A DNA stretch of 64,000 nucleotides from Escherichia coli (lineage in GTDB: Bacteria; Pseudomonadota; Gammaproteobacteria; Enterobacterales; Enterobacteriaceae). The notes under the pieces were generated by a model, which ran no database searches, was not told the DNA's origin, and was given only the letters and a program-made list of their open reading frames with translations. This document shows, in pieces, positions 26,506 through 37,215 of the stretch. How positions within the stretch are numbered: the stretch's first letter is position 1; each line of letters begins with the position of its first letter. The stretch is from NCBI RefSeq assembly GCF_003334385.1, contig NZ_QOWN01000007.1; one strand, given 5' to 3'. The position numbers and the translations under genes are program-made.

Positions 26506-27483
26506 TTACTTCGCGTTGTAATTACGCAGAGCGTTACGCCCCAAGACAATCCCCGCGCCAACCATGCCGCCCAGCAGCACCGCCAGAATCAAGGTAATTG
26601 CCTTTTTCGGGCTATCGCGACGAATAGGTAACGTCGGTTTCATCACATAACGGTAAGCATGAATATCAAGATCATCAACCTTTAAGTTTTCGATATCCAG
26701 CAGGTTTTGACGTGTCTGATAGTAGTTTGGTGAGAACACTAACGGACGTGTCGCCTCATGCTTAATCATCGACTCCAGAGCTTCGCTCCCCAAAAGGAAC
26801 AACGTATCTTGCGTCACATCTTCAGTCTGCTGAACCTGTGGCTTTGTCACCTGCGCCTGATTCGCATACTGCAACGCTTCCTGAATCTGACGGATACGCA
26901 GATCTTTCTGCTCCTGCGCAACCACTTCCTGGGTCTTCAGCGAATCCTGCAAGTTTTTCATACGCAGCGCGATGTTGTCTTTCAGGTCTTTTTCCAGTTC
27001 TTCGTTTACCTGGTCGTCAACTTGCTGGATATACTTCGCCAGCTGCTTCTGCGCACCTTCAGGTGTTTCACCAACATAAGACACCGCCAGTGGTAACGGC
27101 TGGTTTTTAACGGTAGGCTCAATGGTCAGCTTCTCTGCTTCTTCCTGGTTATCCAGCGTTTCCGCTAATGCTGAGAATGCAGTGCTGTAACGTCCGATAA
27201 GTGAAGCCTGAATGTCGGAGACTTTCGGTACAGCCGGACCGTAAATCACATTCATCGCGTTGGTATAACCAGCGATTTGCCCCACATCAGGTTGAGTAAC
27301 GATAGCTGTGGAAGTCCACTTTTCTTTGGCAACGGCCAGATACCCTATAGCCAGGGCAATAGCCACAATGACAGAGATGATAATTGTCATCTTGCCACGC
27401 CACAACTGCACCAGTAAATCAATCAAATCAATCTGTTCCGGGTCATGGTTTTGCCCAGAAACATTATTATTTTCTACTCTCAT
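26506..27483 (-). CDS. wzzB: O-antigen chain-length determinant WzzB (Cld)
   Basis: 326 aa from MRVENNNVSGQNHDPEQIDLIDLL; two TM segments flanking periplasmic coiled-coil. Confidence 0.9.
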   Translation of the reverse strand: MRVENNNVSGQNHDPEQIDLIDLLVQLWRGKMTIIISVIVAIALAIGYLAVAKEKWTSTAIVTQPDVGQIAGYTNAMNVIYGPAVPKVSDIQASLIGRYSTAFSALAETLDNQEEAEKLTIEPTVKNQPLPLAVSYVGETPEGAQKQLAKYIQQVDDQVNEELEKDLKDNIALRMKNLQDSLKTQEVVAQEQKDLRIRQIQEALQYANQAQVTKPQVQQTEDVTQDTLFLLGSEALESMIKHEATRPLVFSPNYYQTRQNLLDIENLKVDDLDIHAYRYVMKPTLPIRRDSPKKAITLILAVLLGGMVGAGIVLGRNALRNYNAK

Positions 27484-27629
27484 CATTACCCTAACGGACG
27501 AAATAATTTTAAGTCGCCATAGTTTAGCGATAATCGCCATGAATGCTATAGGATAAATGATAAAAATAATGAATTATTACAAAGGGAACATAAGAGAATC
27601 AGGGCGAAAATCGCCCTGATAACATGATG

Positions 27630-27738
<109 letters not shown>

Positions 27739-27908
27739 TAATAGTCAGCTTGGAACAGCTTTGATTGTAAAATGAGCACGTTACCAGAAAAAACAGCCAG
27801 GTTTAGAACTGATACCGATTATCTTTTTTTCTTGTCTAACGGTATGATTTAACTTTCAGTTATGCCAGATGAAGATTGGCTATATTCTAGCCTGAGCGAG
27901 GATTATAA

Positions 27909-28913
27909 ATGAAATTTCTGGTTACGGGAGCTGCTGGCTTTATCGGTTTCTATGTAAGTAAACAGCTTCTTGCAGCTGGTCATCAGGTTGTAGGCATTGA
28001 CAACTTAAATGATTATTACGATGTCAACCTCAAACAAGCACGACTTGATTTACTCAAGCACGACAATTTCAGTTTTTATAAAATTGACCTGGCCGATCGC
28101 GAGATAATGGCGGCACTGTTTGCAGACGAGCGGTTCGATCGCGTAATAAACCTCGCTGCGCAAGCCGGTGTACGTTACTCCCTTGAAAATCCCAATGCAT
28201 ATGCAGATGCAAACCTGATTGGATTCCTGAACATACTGGAAGGATGTCGCCATAATAATGTTCGGCATCTACTTTACGCTTCCTCCAGTTCTGTTTATGG
28301 CATGAACCGCAAGATGCCTTTCTCTACAGATGACTCTGTAGATCATCCTGTTTCGCTGTATGCAGCAACTAAAAAGGCGAATGAACTCATGGCCCATACG
28401 TATTCTCATTTGTATGGCTTACCGACCACAGGGCTGCGTTTCTTTACGGTTTATGGTCCATGGGGACGTCCAGATATGGCATTATTTAAATTCACTAAAG
28501 CCATGCTGGAAGGTAAAAGCATTGATGTTTACAACTTCGGCAAAATGAAGCGTGACTTTACTTATATTGATGATATTGCCGAAGCTATTATTCGCTTACA
28601 GGATGTTATTCCAGAAAAAGATCCACAGTGGGCTGTAGAAACAGGCTCGCCAGCAACAAGTTCAGCACCATATCGTGTCTATAACATTGGTAATAGTTCG
28701 CCTGTGGAGTTAATGGATTATATCAATGCCTTAGAAGAGGCTCTGGGTATTGAAGCCAACAAGAATATGATGCCTCTCCAACCCGGTGATGTACTGGAAA
28801 CCAGTGCTGATACAAAAGCACTGTATGACGTAATAGGATTCAAACCTGAAACGTCAGTTAAAGAGGGGGTAAAGAACTTTGTAGAATGGTATCGTAACTT
28901 CTATAAAGTTTGA
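27909..28913 (+). CDS. NAD-dependent UDP-glucuronate 4-epimerase-like protein (SDR family)
   Basis: 334 aa; GAAGFIGF Rossmann motif, YAATK catalytic motif, [15 protein letters not shown] region resembling UDP-GlcA 4-epimerases. Confidence 0.75.
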   Translation: MKFLVTGAAGFIGFYVSKQLLAAGHQVVGIDNLNDYYDVNLKQARLDLLKHDNFSFYKIDLADREIMAALFADERFDRVINLAAQAGVRYSLENPNAYADANLIGFLNILEGCRHNNVRHLLYASSSSVYGMNRKMPFSTDDSVDHPVSLYAATKKANELMAHTYSHLYGLPTTGLRFFTVYGPWGRPDMALFKFTKAMLEGKSIDVYNFGKMKRDFTYIDDIAEAIIRLQDVIPEKDPQWAVETGSPATSSAPYRVYNIGNSSPVELMDYINALEEALGIEANKNMMPLQPGDVLETSADTKALYDVIGFKPETSVKEGVKNFVEWYRNFYKV

Positions 28914-28935
28914 TTTTATAAAACCATAATAAATA

Positions 28936-28959
28936 TCCTCCGGCATAGCCGGAGGTTTT
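28936..28959 (+). terminator. Hairpin plus T-tract downstream of the epimerase gene (terminator, or part of the IS200 right end)
   Basis: cctccggc-ata-gccggagg followed by TTTTT. Confidence 0.5.
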
Positions 28960-29036
28960 TCAAATGCGCCTATAAGGCTCTCTTACCAGCCGCGCCCTAA
29001 CAGGCGCACACGATCTGACATTTGCATCCAACTTCG

Positions 29037-29495
29037 TTACTTACGGCCCGTAAACGGGCTGCCCGGATAGGGAATCGATAACTGCTCTCCCATTTTATCC
29101 TCTTCAAGCTGGTGCTTTATGTAATCCTGTATCTTCGCCGTGTTCTTACCCACCGTATCGACGTAGTACCCTCTGCACCAGAACTCCCTGTTCCTGTATT
29201 TGAATTTCAAATCACCAAACTGCTCGTAAAGCATCAGACTGCTTTTCTCTTTCAGATATCCCATAAAGCCGGATACGCTCATTTTGGGCGGGATCTCCAC
29301 AAGCATATGGATATGATCTGCACAGCATTCAGCTTCAAGAATCCGTACGCTTTTCCACTCACACAGCTTTCTCAAAATACAGCCTATTGCTCTACGCTTC
29401 TCTCTGTAGAACACTTGTCTTCGGTATTTTGGCGCAAAAACTATGTGATATTTACAGTTCCATCGGGTGTGCGCTAAGCTCTTTTCGTTCCCCAT
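29037..29495 (-). CDS. tnpA: IS200-type transposase TnpA (HUH Y1 transposase)
   Basis: 152 aa from MGNEKSLAHTRWNCKYHIVFAPKYRR; contains HxH (HIHMLV) motif. Confidence 0.85.
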   Translation of the reverse strand: MGNEKSLAHTRWNCKYHIVFAPKYRRQVFYREKRRAIGCILRKLCEWKSVRILEAECCADHIHMLVEIPPKMSVSGFMGYLKEKSSLMLYEQFGDLKFKYRNREFWCRGYYVDTVGKNTAKIQDYIKHQLEEDKMGEQLSIPYPGSPFTGRK

Positions 29496-29650
29496 TGGGA
29501 CCCCCTTTTGATTTCTTGTTTGACACTTGCAGTTGCCAGACCGCAAGGTGTTTTAACAAATCAAAAGGGGTTATAATAACTGGCTCAAAGCTGAAAGCTT
29601 TCCGGAACCCCCAGCCTAGCTGGGGGTTTTCTTAGTATGAAACAAAATAA

Positions 29651-30817
29651 TTAATCATTGCCAAACAAGTCGCGCGTATAAACCTTATCTGCTACATCAG
29701 CCAGATCGGCAGACATACGGTTAGAAATAATAACATCAGCTTCTTGTTTGAACGCATCCAGATCACGTACCACGCGCGAACGGAAAAAATCGACCTCTTT
29801 CATCGCTGGCTCATAAACGATTACTGGCACACCTTTAGCCTTGATTCGCTTCATAATACCCTGAATCGAGGAAGCACGGAAATTGTCTGAACCACTCTTC
29901 ATAATCAAACGATAGACGCCAACAACTTTCGGTTTACGTGCAAGGATAGAATCGGCAATAAAATCTTTGCGCGTGCGGTTGGCGTCAACAATTGCCGAGA
30001 TCAGGTTATTCGGCACAGACTGGTAATTTGCCAGTAACTGCTTAGTATCTTTCGGCAGACAATAACCACCATAACCGAATGACGGGTTGTTGTAGTGATT
30101 ACCGATACGCGGGTCAAGGCATACGCCCTCAATAATCTGGCGTGAATTAAGCCCCAGGCTTTCAGCATAACTATCAAGTTCATTGAAATACGCTACACGC
30201 ATCGCCAGATAGGTGTTGGCAAAAAGTTTAATCGCCTCAGCCTCGGTTGAGTCAGTAAACAATGTTGGTATGTCTTGCTTAATAGCGCCTTCCTGTAATA
30301 ACGCTGCAAAACGTTCTGCGCGGTCGGATTGCTCGCCAATCACAATGCGTGATGGGTGTAAGTTATCATAAAGTGCTTTACCTTCACGCAAAAACTCAGG
30401 CGAAAAGATCACATTTTCAATACCAAACCGTTCTTTAATGGACTCTGTAAAACCAACAGGGATAGTTGATTTTATAATCATTACAGCATTGGGATTAATT
30501 TCTGTCACATCGCGAATGACCGCTTCCACGCTTGAGGTATTAAAATAATTTGTTTTCGGATCATAATCGGTAGGTGTGGCAATAATAACGTAATCGGCAT
30601 TTTTATACGCGTCATACTTATCTGTCGTAGCGCGGAAATTGAGATCTTTAGTCGCCAGATACTCTTCAATCTCCTTATCAACAATCGGTGACTGCTTCTT
30701 GTTAAGCATGTTCACTTTGGCCTGAACGATATCCAGTGCAACCACTTCGTGATTTTGCGCAATCAGAATACCATTTGAAAGACCAACATAACCTGTTCCT
30801 GAAATTGTTATTTTCAT
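29651..30817 (-). CDS. ugd: UDP-glucose 6-dehydrogenase Ugd
   Basis: 388 aa from [16 protein letters not shown]. Confidence 0.95.
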   Translation of the reverse strand: MKITISGTGYVGLSNGILIAQNHEVVALDIVQAKVNMLNKKQSPIVDKEIEEYLATKDLNFRATTDKYDAYKNADYVIIATPTDYDPKTNYFNTSSVEAVIRDVTEINPNAVMIIKSTIPVGFTESIKERFGIENVIFSPEFLREGKALYDNLHPSRIVIGEQSDRAERFAALLQEGAIKQDIPTLFTDSTEAEAIKLFANTYLAMRVAYFNELDSYAESLGLNSRQIIEGVCLDPRIGNHYNNPSFGYGGYCLPKDTKQLLANYQSVPNNLISAIVDANRTRKDFIADSILARKPKVVGVYRLIMKSGSDNFRASSIQGIMKRIKAKGVPVIVYEPAMKEVDFFRSRVVRDLDAFKQEADVIISNRMSADLADVADKVYTRDLFGND

Positions 30818-31010
30818 TAGCTCTGACTTCTTCCGGTTAAACATTTAGAGTGGTCATTAATCCACCACCACAACTTCATCTACTGCGGGATTTTTAACGC
30901 TGATGTAGATGAACTGTCAAGGCAGCGATCCTGCTGTGCGGCGCTGTATTATATCGCGTTTTTAACTATAAATTATAAAAAAAGGCCATAACCTGCCGCT
31001 TTGTATAATA

Positions 31011-31037
31011 AAAAAGCCCGGAGGGTTTCTCCGGGCC
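31011..31037 (-). terminator. Rho-independent terminator downstream of gnd
   Basis: gcccggag-ggtttc-tccgggc with A-run on + strand (T-run on - strand). Confidence 0.6.
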
Positions 31038-31065
31038 TTGTGTTGGTTAATTGATTTAAATCAGA

Positions 31066-32472
31066 TTAATCCAGCCATTCGGTATGGAACACACCGTCTT
31101 TATCAATGCGCTTATAAGTATGCGCACCGAAATAGTCACGCTGTGCCTGGATCAGGTTCGCAGGAAGAACAGCGGCACGGTAGCTATCGTAATAGGCAAC
31201 CGCAGCGGCGAAGGTCGGAACCGGGATACCGTTCTGTACTGCATAAGCAACGACATCACGCAGCGCCTGCTGGTAGTCATCGGCAATTTGCTTGAAGTAC
31301 GGAGCCAGCAGCAGGTTAGCGATCTGCGGATTTTCGGCATATGCATCGGTGATTTTCTGCAGGAACTGCGCACGGATGATGCAGCCAGCACGGAAAATCT
31401 TCGCGATTTCGCCGTAGTTCAGATCCCAGTTGTATTCTTCAGACGCAGCACGCAGCTGAGAGAAGCCCTGAGCGTAAGAAACGATTTTGCCCAGATACAG
31501 CGCACGGCGAATTTTTTCGATGAACTCAGCCTTGTCGCCTGCTGGCTGTGCTTGCGGGCCAGAGAGAACTTTAGATGCGGCAACACGCTGATCTTTCAGA
31601 GAAGAGATATAACGTGCAAACACAGACTCGGTAATCAGCGACAGCGGTTCGCCGAGATCCAGCGCGCTCTGGCTGGTCCATTTACCGGTACCTTTGTTAG
31701 CCGCTTCATCCAGAATCACATCAACCAGGTAGTTACCGTCTTCATCTTTTTTGGTGAAGATATCTTTGGTGATGTCGATCAGGTAACTGCTCAGTTCACC
31801 GTTATTCCACTCGGTAAACGTCTGCGCCAGTTCTTCGTTAGAAAGATTCAGGCCACCTTTAAGCAGAGAATAGGCTTCAGCAATCAGCTGCATATCGCCG
31901 TATTCAATACCGTTGTGAACCATCTTCACATAGTGACCTGCGCCATCGGCACCAATATAGGTAACGCATGGCTCACCGTCTTCAGCCACTGCGGCGATTT
32001 TAGTCAGGATCGGCGCAACCAGTTCATAGGCTTCTTTCTGTCCGCCAGGCATAATGGAAGGACCTTTCAGCGCACCTTCTTCACCGCCGGAAACACCGGT
32101 ACCAATGAAATTAAAGCCTTCTGCAGAAAGCTCACGGTTACGACGAATAGTGTCCTGGAAGAAGGTATTACCACCATCAATGATGATGTCACCTTTATCG
32201 AGGAATGGCTTGAGGGAATCAATAGCAGCATCCGTGCCTGCACCTGCTTTCACCATTAACAGGATGCGACGAGGCGTTTCCAGAGATTCAACAAACTCTT
32301 TCACCGTATAGTAAGGAACCAGTTTCTTGCCTGGATTTTCGGCAATCACTTCTTCCGTCTTTTCACGGGAACGGTTGAAAATAGAGACGGTATAACCACG
32401 GCTTTCGATGTTGAGCGCAAGGTTGCGCCCCATCACTGCCATACCGACGACGCCGATCTGTTGCTTTGACAT
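31066..32472 (-). CDS. gnd: 6-phosphogluconate dehydrogenase (decarboxylating) Gnd
   Basis: 468 aa [21 protein letters not shown]. Confidence 0.95.
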   Translation of the reverse strand: MSKQQIGVVGMAVMGRNLALNIESRGYTVSIFNRSREKTEEVIAENPGKKLVPYYTVKEFVESLETPRRILLMVKAGAGTDAAIDSLKPFLDKGDIIIDGGNTFFQDTIRRNRELSAEGFNFIGTGVSGGEEGALKGPSIMPGGQKEAYELVAPILTKIAAVAEDGEPCVTYIGADGAGHYVKMVHNGIEYGDMQLIAEAYSLLKGGLNLSNEELAQTFTEWNNGELSSYLIDITKDIFTKKDEDGNYLVDVILDEAANKGTGKWTSQSALDLGEPLSLITESVFARYISSLKDQRVAASKVLSGPQAQPAGDKAEFIEKIRRALYLGKIVSYAQGFSQLRAASEEYNWDLNYGEIAKIFRAGCIIRAQFLQKITDAYAENPQIANLLLAPYFKQIADDYQQALRDVVAYAVQNGIPVPTFAAAVAYYDSYRAAVLPANLIQAQRDYFGAHTYKRIDKDGVFHTEWLD

Positions 32473-32576
32473 TGTTTACTCCTGTCAGGATTGCCGCTTT
32501 GATGGTGGTATTTAAAATGATGTAAACATACACCTTTATTATCATAAATAATGAACCAATAAAAGTGTTGCCTCGA

Positions 32577-33587
32577 TTAATCATAACCCTTTGGATTTTT
32601 GAGTTGCCAAAGCCAAGCATGCTTCAACATGTCCTCAAGATTATATTTTGCGCTCCAACTTAATTCAGCTCTAATCAATGATGGATCGGCCCAGCATTCA
32701 GGCACATCACCCTTTCGTCGTTTGGAGATACGATAAGGAACAGAGACATTATTAACTCGCTCAAATGTATTTACTATCTCTAATACAGATGAACCAACAC
32801 CCGTACCTAAATTATAAATATGTAGACCATTTGTTTTTTTATTATTCAATGCAGCTATATGTCCTTCAGCTAAATCGCAAACATGAATAAAATCTCTGAT
32901 TCCAGTTCCATCAGGCGTACTATAATCATCGCCATAAATGGTCAAATACGGCAAATCCCCAATTGCGACTTTAGTCACGTAAGGTACTAGATTATTAGGA
33001 ACTCCTAGAGGATCCTCTCCAATCTCTCCTGAAGGGTGGGCACCAATAGGGTTAAAATATCTAAGAATAGTTATATTCCAATCGCCATCAGATTGAATTA
33101 AATCCATCAAAATTTGTTCGACCATATGCTTACTGGTCCCGTAAGGATTTGTAGTTCCTCCAGTTACACATTTTTCAGTTAATGGCATATTATCTGGCAG
33201 TCCATATACAGTCGCAGAAGAACTAAATATAATATCCTTTATCCCATTTATACACATTAACTGCAATAAGTTTAACGTTCCAACTACATTGTTGTGATAA
33301 TATGTTAAAGGTGCCCTACTAGATTCTGAAACTGATTTCAATCCAGCAAAATGAATAACCTTATTAATATCATGTTTAGAAAAAATTTCTTGCAGAGATT
33401 CAGCATTACAAATATCATAATCATAAAATACAAATTCTCCACCGCTCAGCGCTTTTATTCTGTCAATCACACTTGCTTTAGAGTTTGAAAAATTATCAAC
33501 AACTATGACGTTATATTTTAACTCAATCAATCGAATTAAAGTATGAGAACCTATATATCCTAAGCCACCAGTAACTAATATGTTCAT
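32577..33587 (-). CDS. gne: UDP-sugar 4-epimerase (GalE/Gne family)
   Basis: 336 aa, TGGxGYIG and YGTSK motifs; AT-rich; position at gnd-proximal end of O-antigen cluster. Confidence 0.8.
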   Translation of the reverse strand: MNILVTGGLGYIGSHTLIRLIELKYNVIVVDNFSNSKASVIDRIKALSGGEFVFYDYDICNAESLQEIFSKHDINKVIHFAGLKSVSESSRAPLTYYHNNVVGTLNLLQLMCINGIKDIIFSSSATVYGLPDNMPLTEKCVTGGTTNPYGTSKHMVEQILMDLIQSDGDWNITILRYFNPIGAHPSGEIGEDPLGVPNNLVPYVTKVAIGDLPYLTIYGDDYSTPDGTGIRDFIHVCDLAEGHIAALNNKKTNGLHIYNLGTGVGSSVLEIVNTFERVNNVSVPYRISKRRKGDVPECWADPSLIRAELSWSAKYNLEDMLKHAWLWQLKNPKGYD

Positions 33588-33605
33588 GTTGTTTCCTTTA
33601 CAATG

Positions 33606-34727
33606 TCAAATGACATTAAATAATTTTCTTTTAAAAAGAATACATAACCAAGTAAAGGTAAAAAAGTAAGGAATTGCAGTTGTTCCGAGTGACATTGATG
33701 CTATCAAAAATGGAAGCACGATGACAATAGCATCCTCTTTGAGGTAAATGCACATAATGCATAATAATACTAAAAATAAAAATAATCCAATCATGCCAGT
33801 TTCAATTAAGAAAGTCAGAAACAGATTATGTGCCCCCATACCAATAACATCGACTGCATTTCCAAGACCAACCCCCAGCAATATCACCTCAACATTATTA
33901 TTCTTAATGTATTCGAGTGAATACCTAATTAAATCAAATTTACTTTCAAAGCTTATATCATCCGTGAATTTTTTAAATACAAACCATGAAAGAACAATAA
34001 GTAATACTGGCATAAGCATATATGAGAAAGCTTTGATGCGCTTATTTTTCATTAGAACAGAAAGCACAAAAAGCAATATCATTGCTATGATAGCAGCCCT
34101 AGAGAAAGTTAAAACAACCCCAACAAATAAAGCACAAAAAACAAGAAAGTATCTTACGCGCAATAAACCAACAATTTTAATATCTCTGAAGAAATAAAGA
34201 AAACAGGATAATATAAAAACAGCTTCTAGACCAACAAAGTTGGAATCGGCATACATAAGTGAGTTTACTTTATATATTTGAAAGCCGATACCCAGTTCTT
34301 CTAACTTATCAACATTTGCAAGATACGGATGTTGAATTCTCCAAAAACCATCAAGAATGAAAACGAATGAATAAAACAAGAAAACATTCAATAAATTTCT
34401 TTTTGTAATGCTTCGTCCCTTATAATAAAAATCCACCAACATTGGAGAAAGCAGCACCATACACAGATTAATTACAAGTGAAAAATGCGAGTTTATAAAA
34501 AGGAAAGTTGACAATAGTGATATAATAAGACTTATGAGTGTGAAAAAAGAAACATCCCATTTCCTGCAACTAACATTTGTAAGAAAAACCAAAATCATTG
34601 AAAGAATAAAAATAAAATAAACAGGACTAATCGCAGTTATTTGGGTTATATATAAACCACAAGATATCAACCATAAAAGGCCGATAAATGAGATTTTTTT
34701 ATCAGCATTATTATTTTCAAGTTTCAT
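33606..34727 (-). CDS. wzy: Putative O-antigen polymerase Wzy
   Basis: 373 aa, highly hydrophobic, about 10 predicted TM segments, very AT-rich, no conserved enzymatic motif. Confidence 0.6.
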   Translation of the reverse strand: MKLENNNADKKISFIGLLWLISCGLYITQITAISPVYFIFILSMILVFLTNVSCRKWDVSFFTLISLIISLLSTFLFINSHFSLVINLCMVLLSPMLVDFYYKGRSITKRNLLNVFLFYSFVFILDGFWRIQHPYLANVDKLEELGIGFQIYKVNSLMYADSNFVGLEAVFILSCFLYFFRDIKIVGLLRVRYFLVFCALFVGVVLTFSRAAIIAMILLFVLSVLMKNKRIKAFSYMLMPVLLIVLSWFVFKKFTDDISFESKFDLIRYSLEYIKNNNVEVILLGVGLGNAVDVIGMGAHNLFLTFLIETGMIGLFLFLVLLCIMCIYLKEDAIVIVLPFLIASMSLGTTAIPYFFTFTWLCILFKRKLFNVI

Positions 34728-35782
34728 TTTTCACCAATAAGTTTCATATATATATTAAATGTCTTTTCTGAAATCACATCAAACGAATATTTTTCGTTGA
34801 CCATATCTATTCCAGTTATATTAACACCCATATATTTATTTATATCAAACTTATCTTTATTATTGCAAATAAATCCACAAGAACCGTTATTTATCATTTC
34901 ATAAGCAAGCCCTCCCATTTCCCCAATTATCGGATAGACACCATTAGCAAGTGCCTCCAACACAACATTTGGCATACCTTCTCGCTCCGATAAATGTATT
35001 AGGAATTGAGAACGACACATTATTTCATTAATTTTTTGATGTTCAATTTTACCTAAAAAATGGATATTATTACTACTAAACTGCTTACAGTTCAGCACAT
35101 AACCTGCTTCAAAACCATCAAGACTTTCATTATCGGGGCCAATTATCAAAAGTTTATATCCTTGGTTTTCAAAATTATCTTTATAAAATTTTATTCCTTC
35201 TATTATTTTTTTTCTTGGTATAATTGCAGATATTATTAAAACTATTTTTTCCTTAATCTGTTCATTCCCGTACATACAATCAGGGGCACTGACGCCATTT
35301 GGAATAGTAACCAACCTAGTGATGGGAATGTATTTACTATTAATTTCATATATTTGTTTCGATAACGTATTGTTTATCGAAATAAACCTCAACAACCAGT
35401 GCTTAAGAGACCTCAAAGAACCACGATTTATCAATGTATGGAAATCATCACAATCCAATAAAGTTGATTTCCAATAGACAGGTATTTTGAAAATAGCACA
35501 AATACCAAGAAGACCAAAATCAGCCCCATGGAAATGAACAACATCCGGTTTAATAGATTTACACAAAAGAAAGAACTGCCAAAATCTTTTATATGATGAA
35601 GATATTTCCATTACACTGAATTGAACATCCTCACTTAATTTAGAAATACGATTCTGGCATCTAGTCACAAAAATTTGTTCGATATTGGGGGCATGTTTTT
35701 TTAAAGCCTTTGCTAAATTTTTTGCTTGAAGAGATGCGCCGCTAAAGCCATAATAATTATGTACTATATGGATCACTTTCAT
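34724..35782 (-). CDS. Glycosyltransferase, GT-B fold (GT4-like)
   Basis: 352 aa with C-terminal EREGMPNVVLEALANG motif. Confidence 0.75.
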   Translation of the reverse strand: MKVIHIVHNYYGFSGASLQAKNLAKALKKHAPNIEQIFVTRCQNRISKLSEDVQFSVMEISSSYKRFWQFFLLCKSIKPDVVHFHGADFGLLGICAIFKIPVYWKSTLLDCDDFHTLINRGSLRSLKHWLLRFISINNTLSKQIYEINSKYIPITRLVTIPNGVSAPDCMYGNEQIKEKIVLIISAIIPRKKIIEGIKFYKDNFENQGYKLLIIGPDNESLDGFEAGYVLNCKQFSSNNIHFLGKIEHQKINEIMCRSQFLIHLSEREGMPNVVLEALANGVYPIIGEMGGLAYEMINNGSCGFICNNKDKFDINKYMGVNITGIDMVNEKYSFDVISEKTFNIYMKLIGEK

Positions 35783-35991
35783 TTATATATTTTTCTCTTT
35801 GAAAACCTAATAGAAAACATTTTAAATTTATTTACTATTGTGCTGTCTATAATAAAATTTTTGCTATCACACAACACACAAAAAAGGTAAAACCATTGAA
35901 ATAACGTTAATAATATTTTATTACCGTCAGTTTTTTGGTCTTCAATACACCTTTACCTCAAGTGAATTCACCTTACACAAAGCAAGCGTAC

Positions 35992-37215
35992 TCAAATATA
36001 ACAATCGCTATTTTTAGCATCTCGAATGCTACATTTTATCGCATAACCGATAATACCCAAGTTGAAAAGCATACCAATTATAGAATAAATGTATATGAAA
36101 TCTATAAATGATAACTTCATATAAAAGCTATAGCATACAGCCATTACTCTAAATACCAATAGGAACATATCATAGATAAATAAAGATCTGAATCGTCCAA
36201 TAACAGTTAAATATGAAGTTGAAGTAACATTAGCAAAAGATACCAAGAGCCACCATGCTAAAGCTGAAGCTATTTCACCAGCGCCTTCCCATTCTTCACC
36301 TGCATAAATTTTAAAAAAATCAGTTGCAAATAAATTAATGAGAATTATTCCGATCATACTTAGAGATAGTAATAAGATCGAGCTTCTCCATATTATATTT
36401 GATAAAAGACGATAATTTCTTTTATTCCTATTTAACTCTCCCAGAATATATGGTCTAACGGCATTTGTGAAAAAAATAATTGGTACCTGAGTTAATCTTA
36501 CAGCCAAGCCATACAGACTTACAATATAAAAACCATATTGTCCAGAAATAAAAAGAACTGGCAATTGTGAAGAAAAAGAACTAGCAAGAGACTGAACAGA
36601 GCTCAAACCGGCTTCTCTGATCTTCAAAAAACTCACTTTAAACTTAAATTTTCTATTAAGTTTTCTTCCTAGTTTTAAGCAAAATAGGATACATATTATT
36701 TGAGATAATAGAAAGCTCACAATAAGCCCATTTTTAGAAAACTTAAACAAAATTAATTGTAATACAACTAAGCTTGAAGTCCTAATGATATTTAATATTA
36801 TTATGGTTCTGTAATAAGAATACAGACTAAAGTAAGACGTATATAACTGCAATATCGCAAAGGTAAATATTGATGGAGCAATAACAAGGTAACTTATATC
36901 AAATTTAAAAAAATAAAATAATGCTCCAGTCGCAATTAAACACAATAAGGATATGCATATTGCGATAACAAGTCCATTACAAAAACATATGTACCACGAA
37001 TATTTGTCATCGAAATTATACATTATCTGATCATATCTACCGCACGCAATAACTCCCAATATTAAAACCACTGCCATGATAGTAGAATATATACCAAAAT
37101 CACTTGGTTGATAAATTCTTGTAAGTAAGGGGGTGCCTAATATAACAATAATTTGTGCTAATGCATTACCACCGATTACTTTACTTATGGTGGTACTTAT
37201 TTTTTTTAGAGACAT
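35992..37215 (-). CDS. wzx: O-antigen flippase Wzx (MOP superfamily)
   Basis: Multi-TM; LLTRIYQPSDFGIYS motif; start uncertain (ORF extends to 37305 and overlaps the upstream GT). Confidence 0.7.
   Translation of the reverse strand: MSLKKISTTISKVIGGNALAQIIVILGTPLLTRIYQPSDFGIYSTIMAVVLILGVIACGRYDQIMYNFDDKYSWYICFCNGLVIAICISLLCLIATGALFYFFKFDISYLVIAPSIFTFAILQLYTSYFSLYSYYRTIIILNIIRTSSLVVLQLILFKFSKNGLIVSFLLSQIICILFCLKLGRKLNRKFKFKVSFLKIREAGLSSVQSLASSFSSQLPVLFISGQYGFYIVSLYGLAVRLTQVPIIFFTNAVRPYILGELNRNKRNYRLLSNIIWRSSILLLSLSMIGIILINLFATDFFKIYAGEEWEGAGEIASALAWWLLVSFANVTSTSYLTVIGRFRSLFIYDMFLLVFRVMAVCYSFYMKLSFIDFIYIYSIIGMLFNLGIIGYAIKCSIRDAKNSDCYI

Larger units (their letters stand above)
28930..29645 (-). 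mobile_element. IS200-family insertion sequence (IS200/IS605 family, about 0.7 kb)
   Basis: Contains tnpA plus terminal hairpins cccccttttgatt/aatcaaaagggg and cccccagcctagctggggg typical of an IS200 left end; boundaries approximate. Confidence 0.75.

Noticed and set aside
31084-32259. 391-aa + strand ORF
   Set aside because: Lies entirely antisense within gnd; low-complexity translation with no recognisable domain. Shadow ORF.
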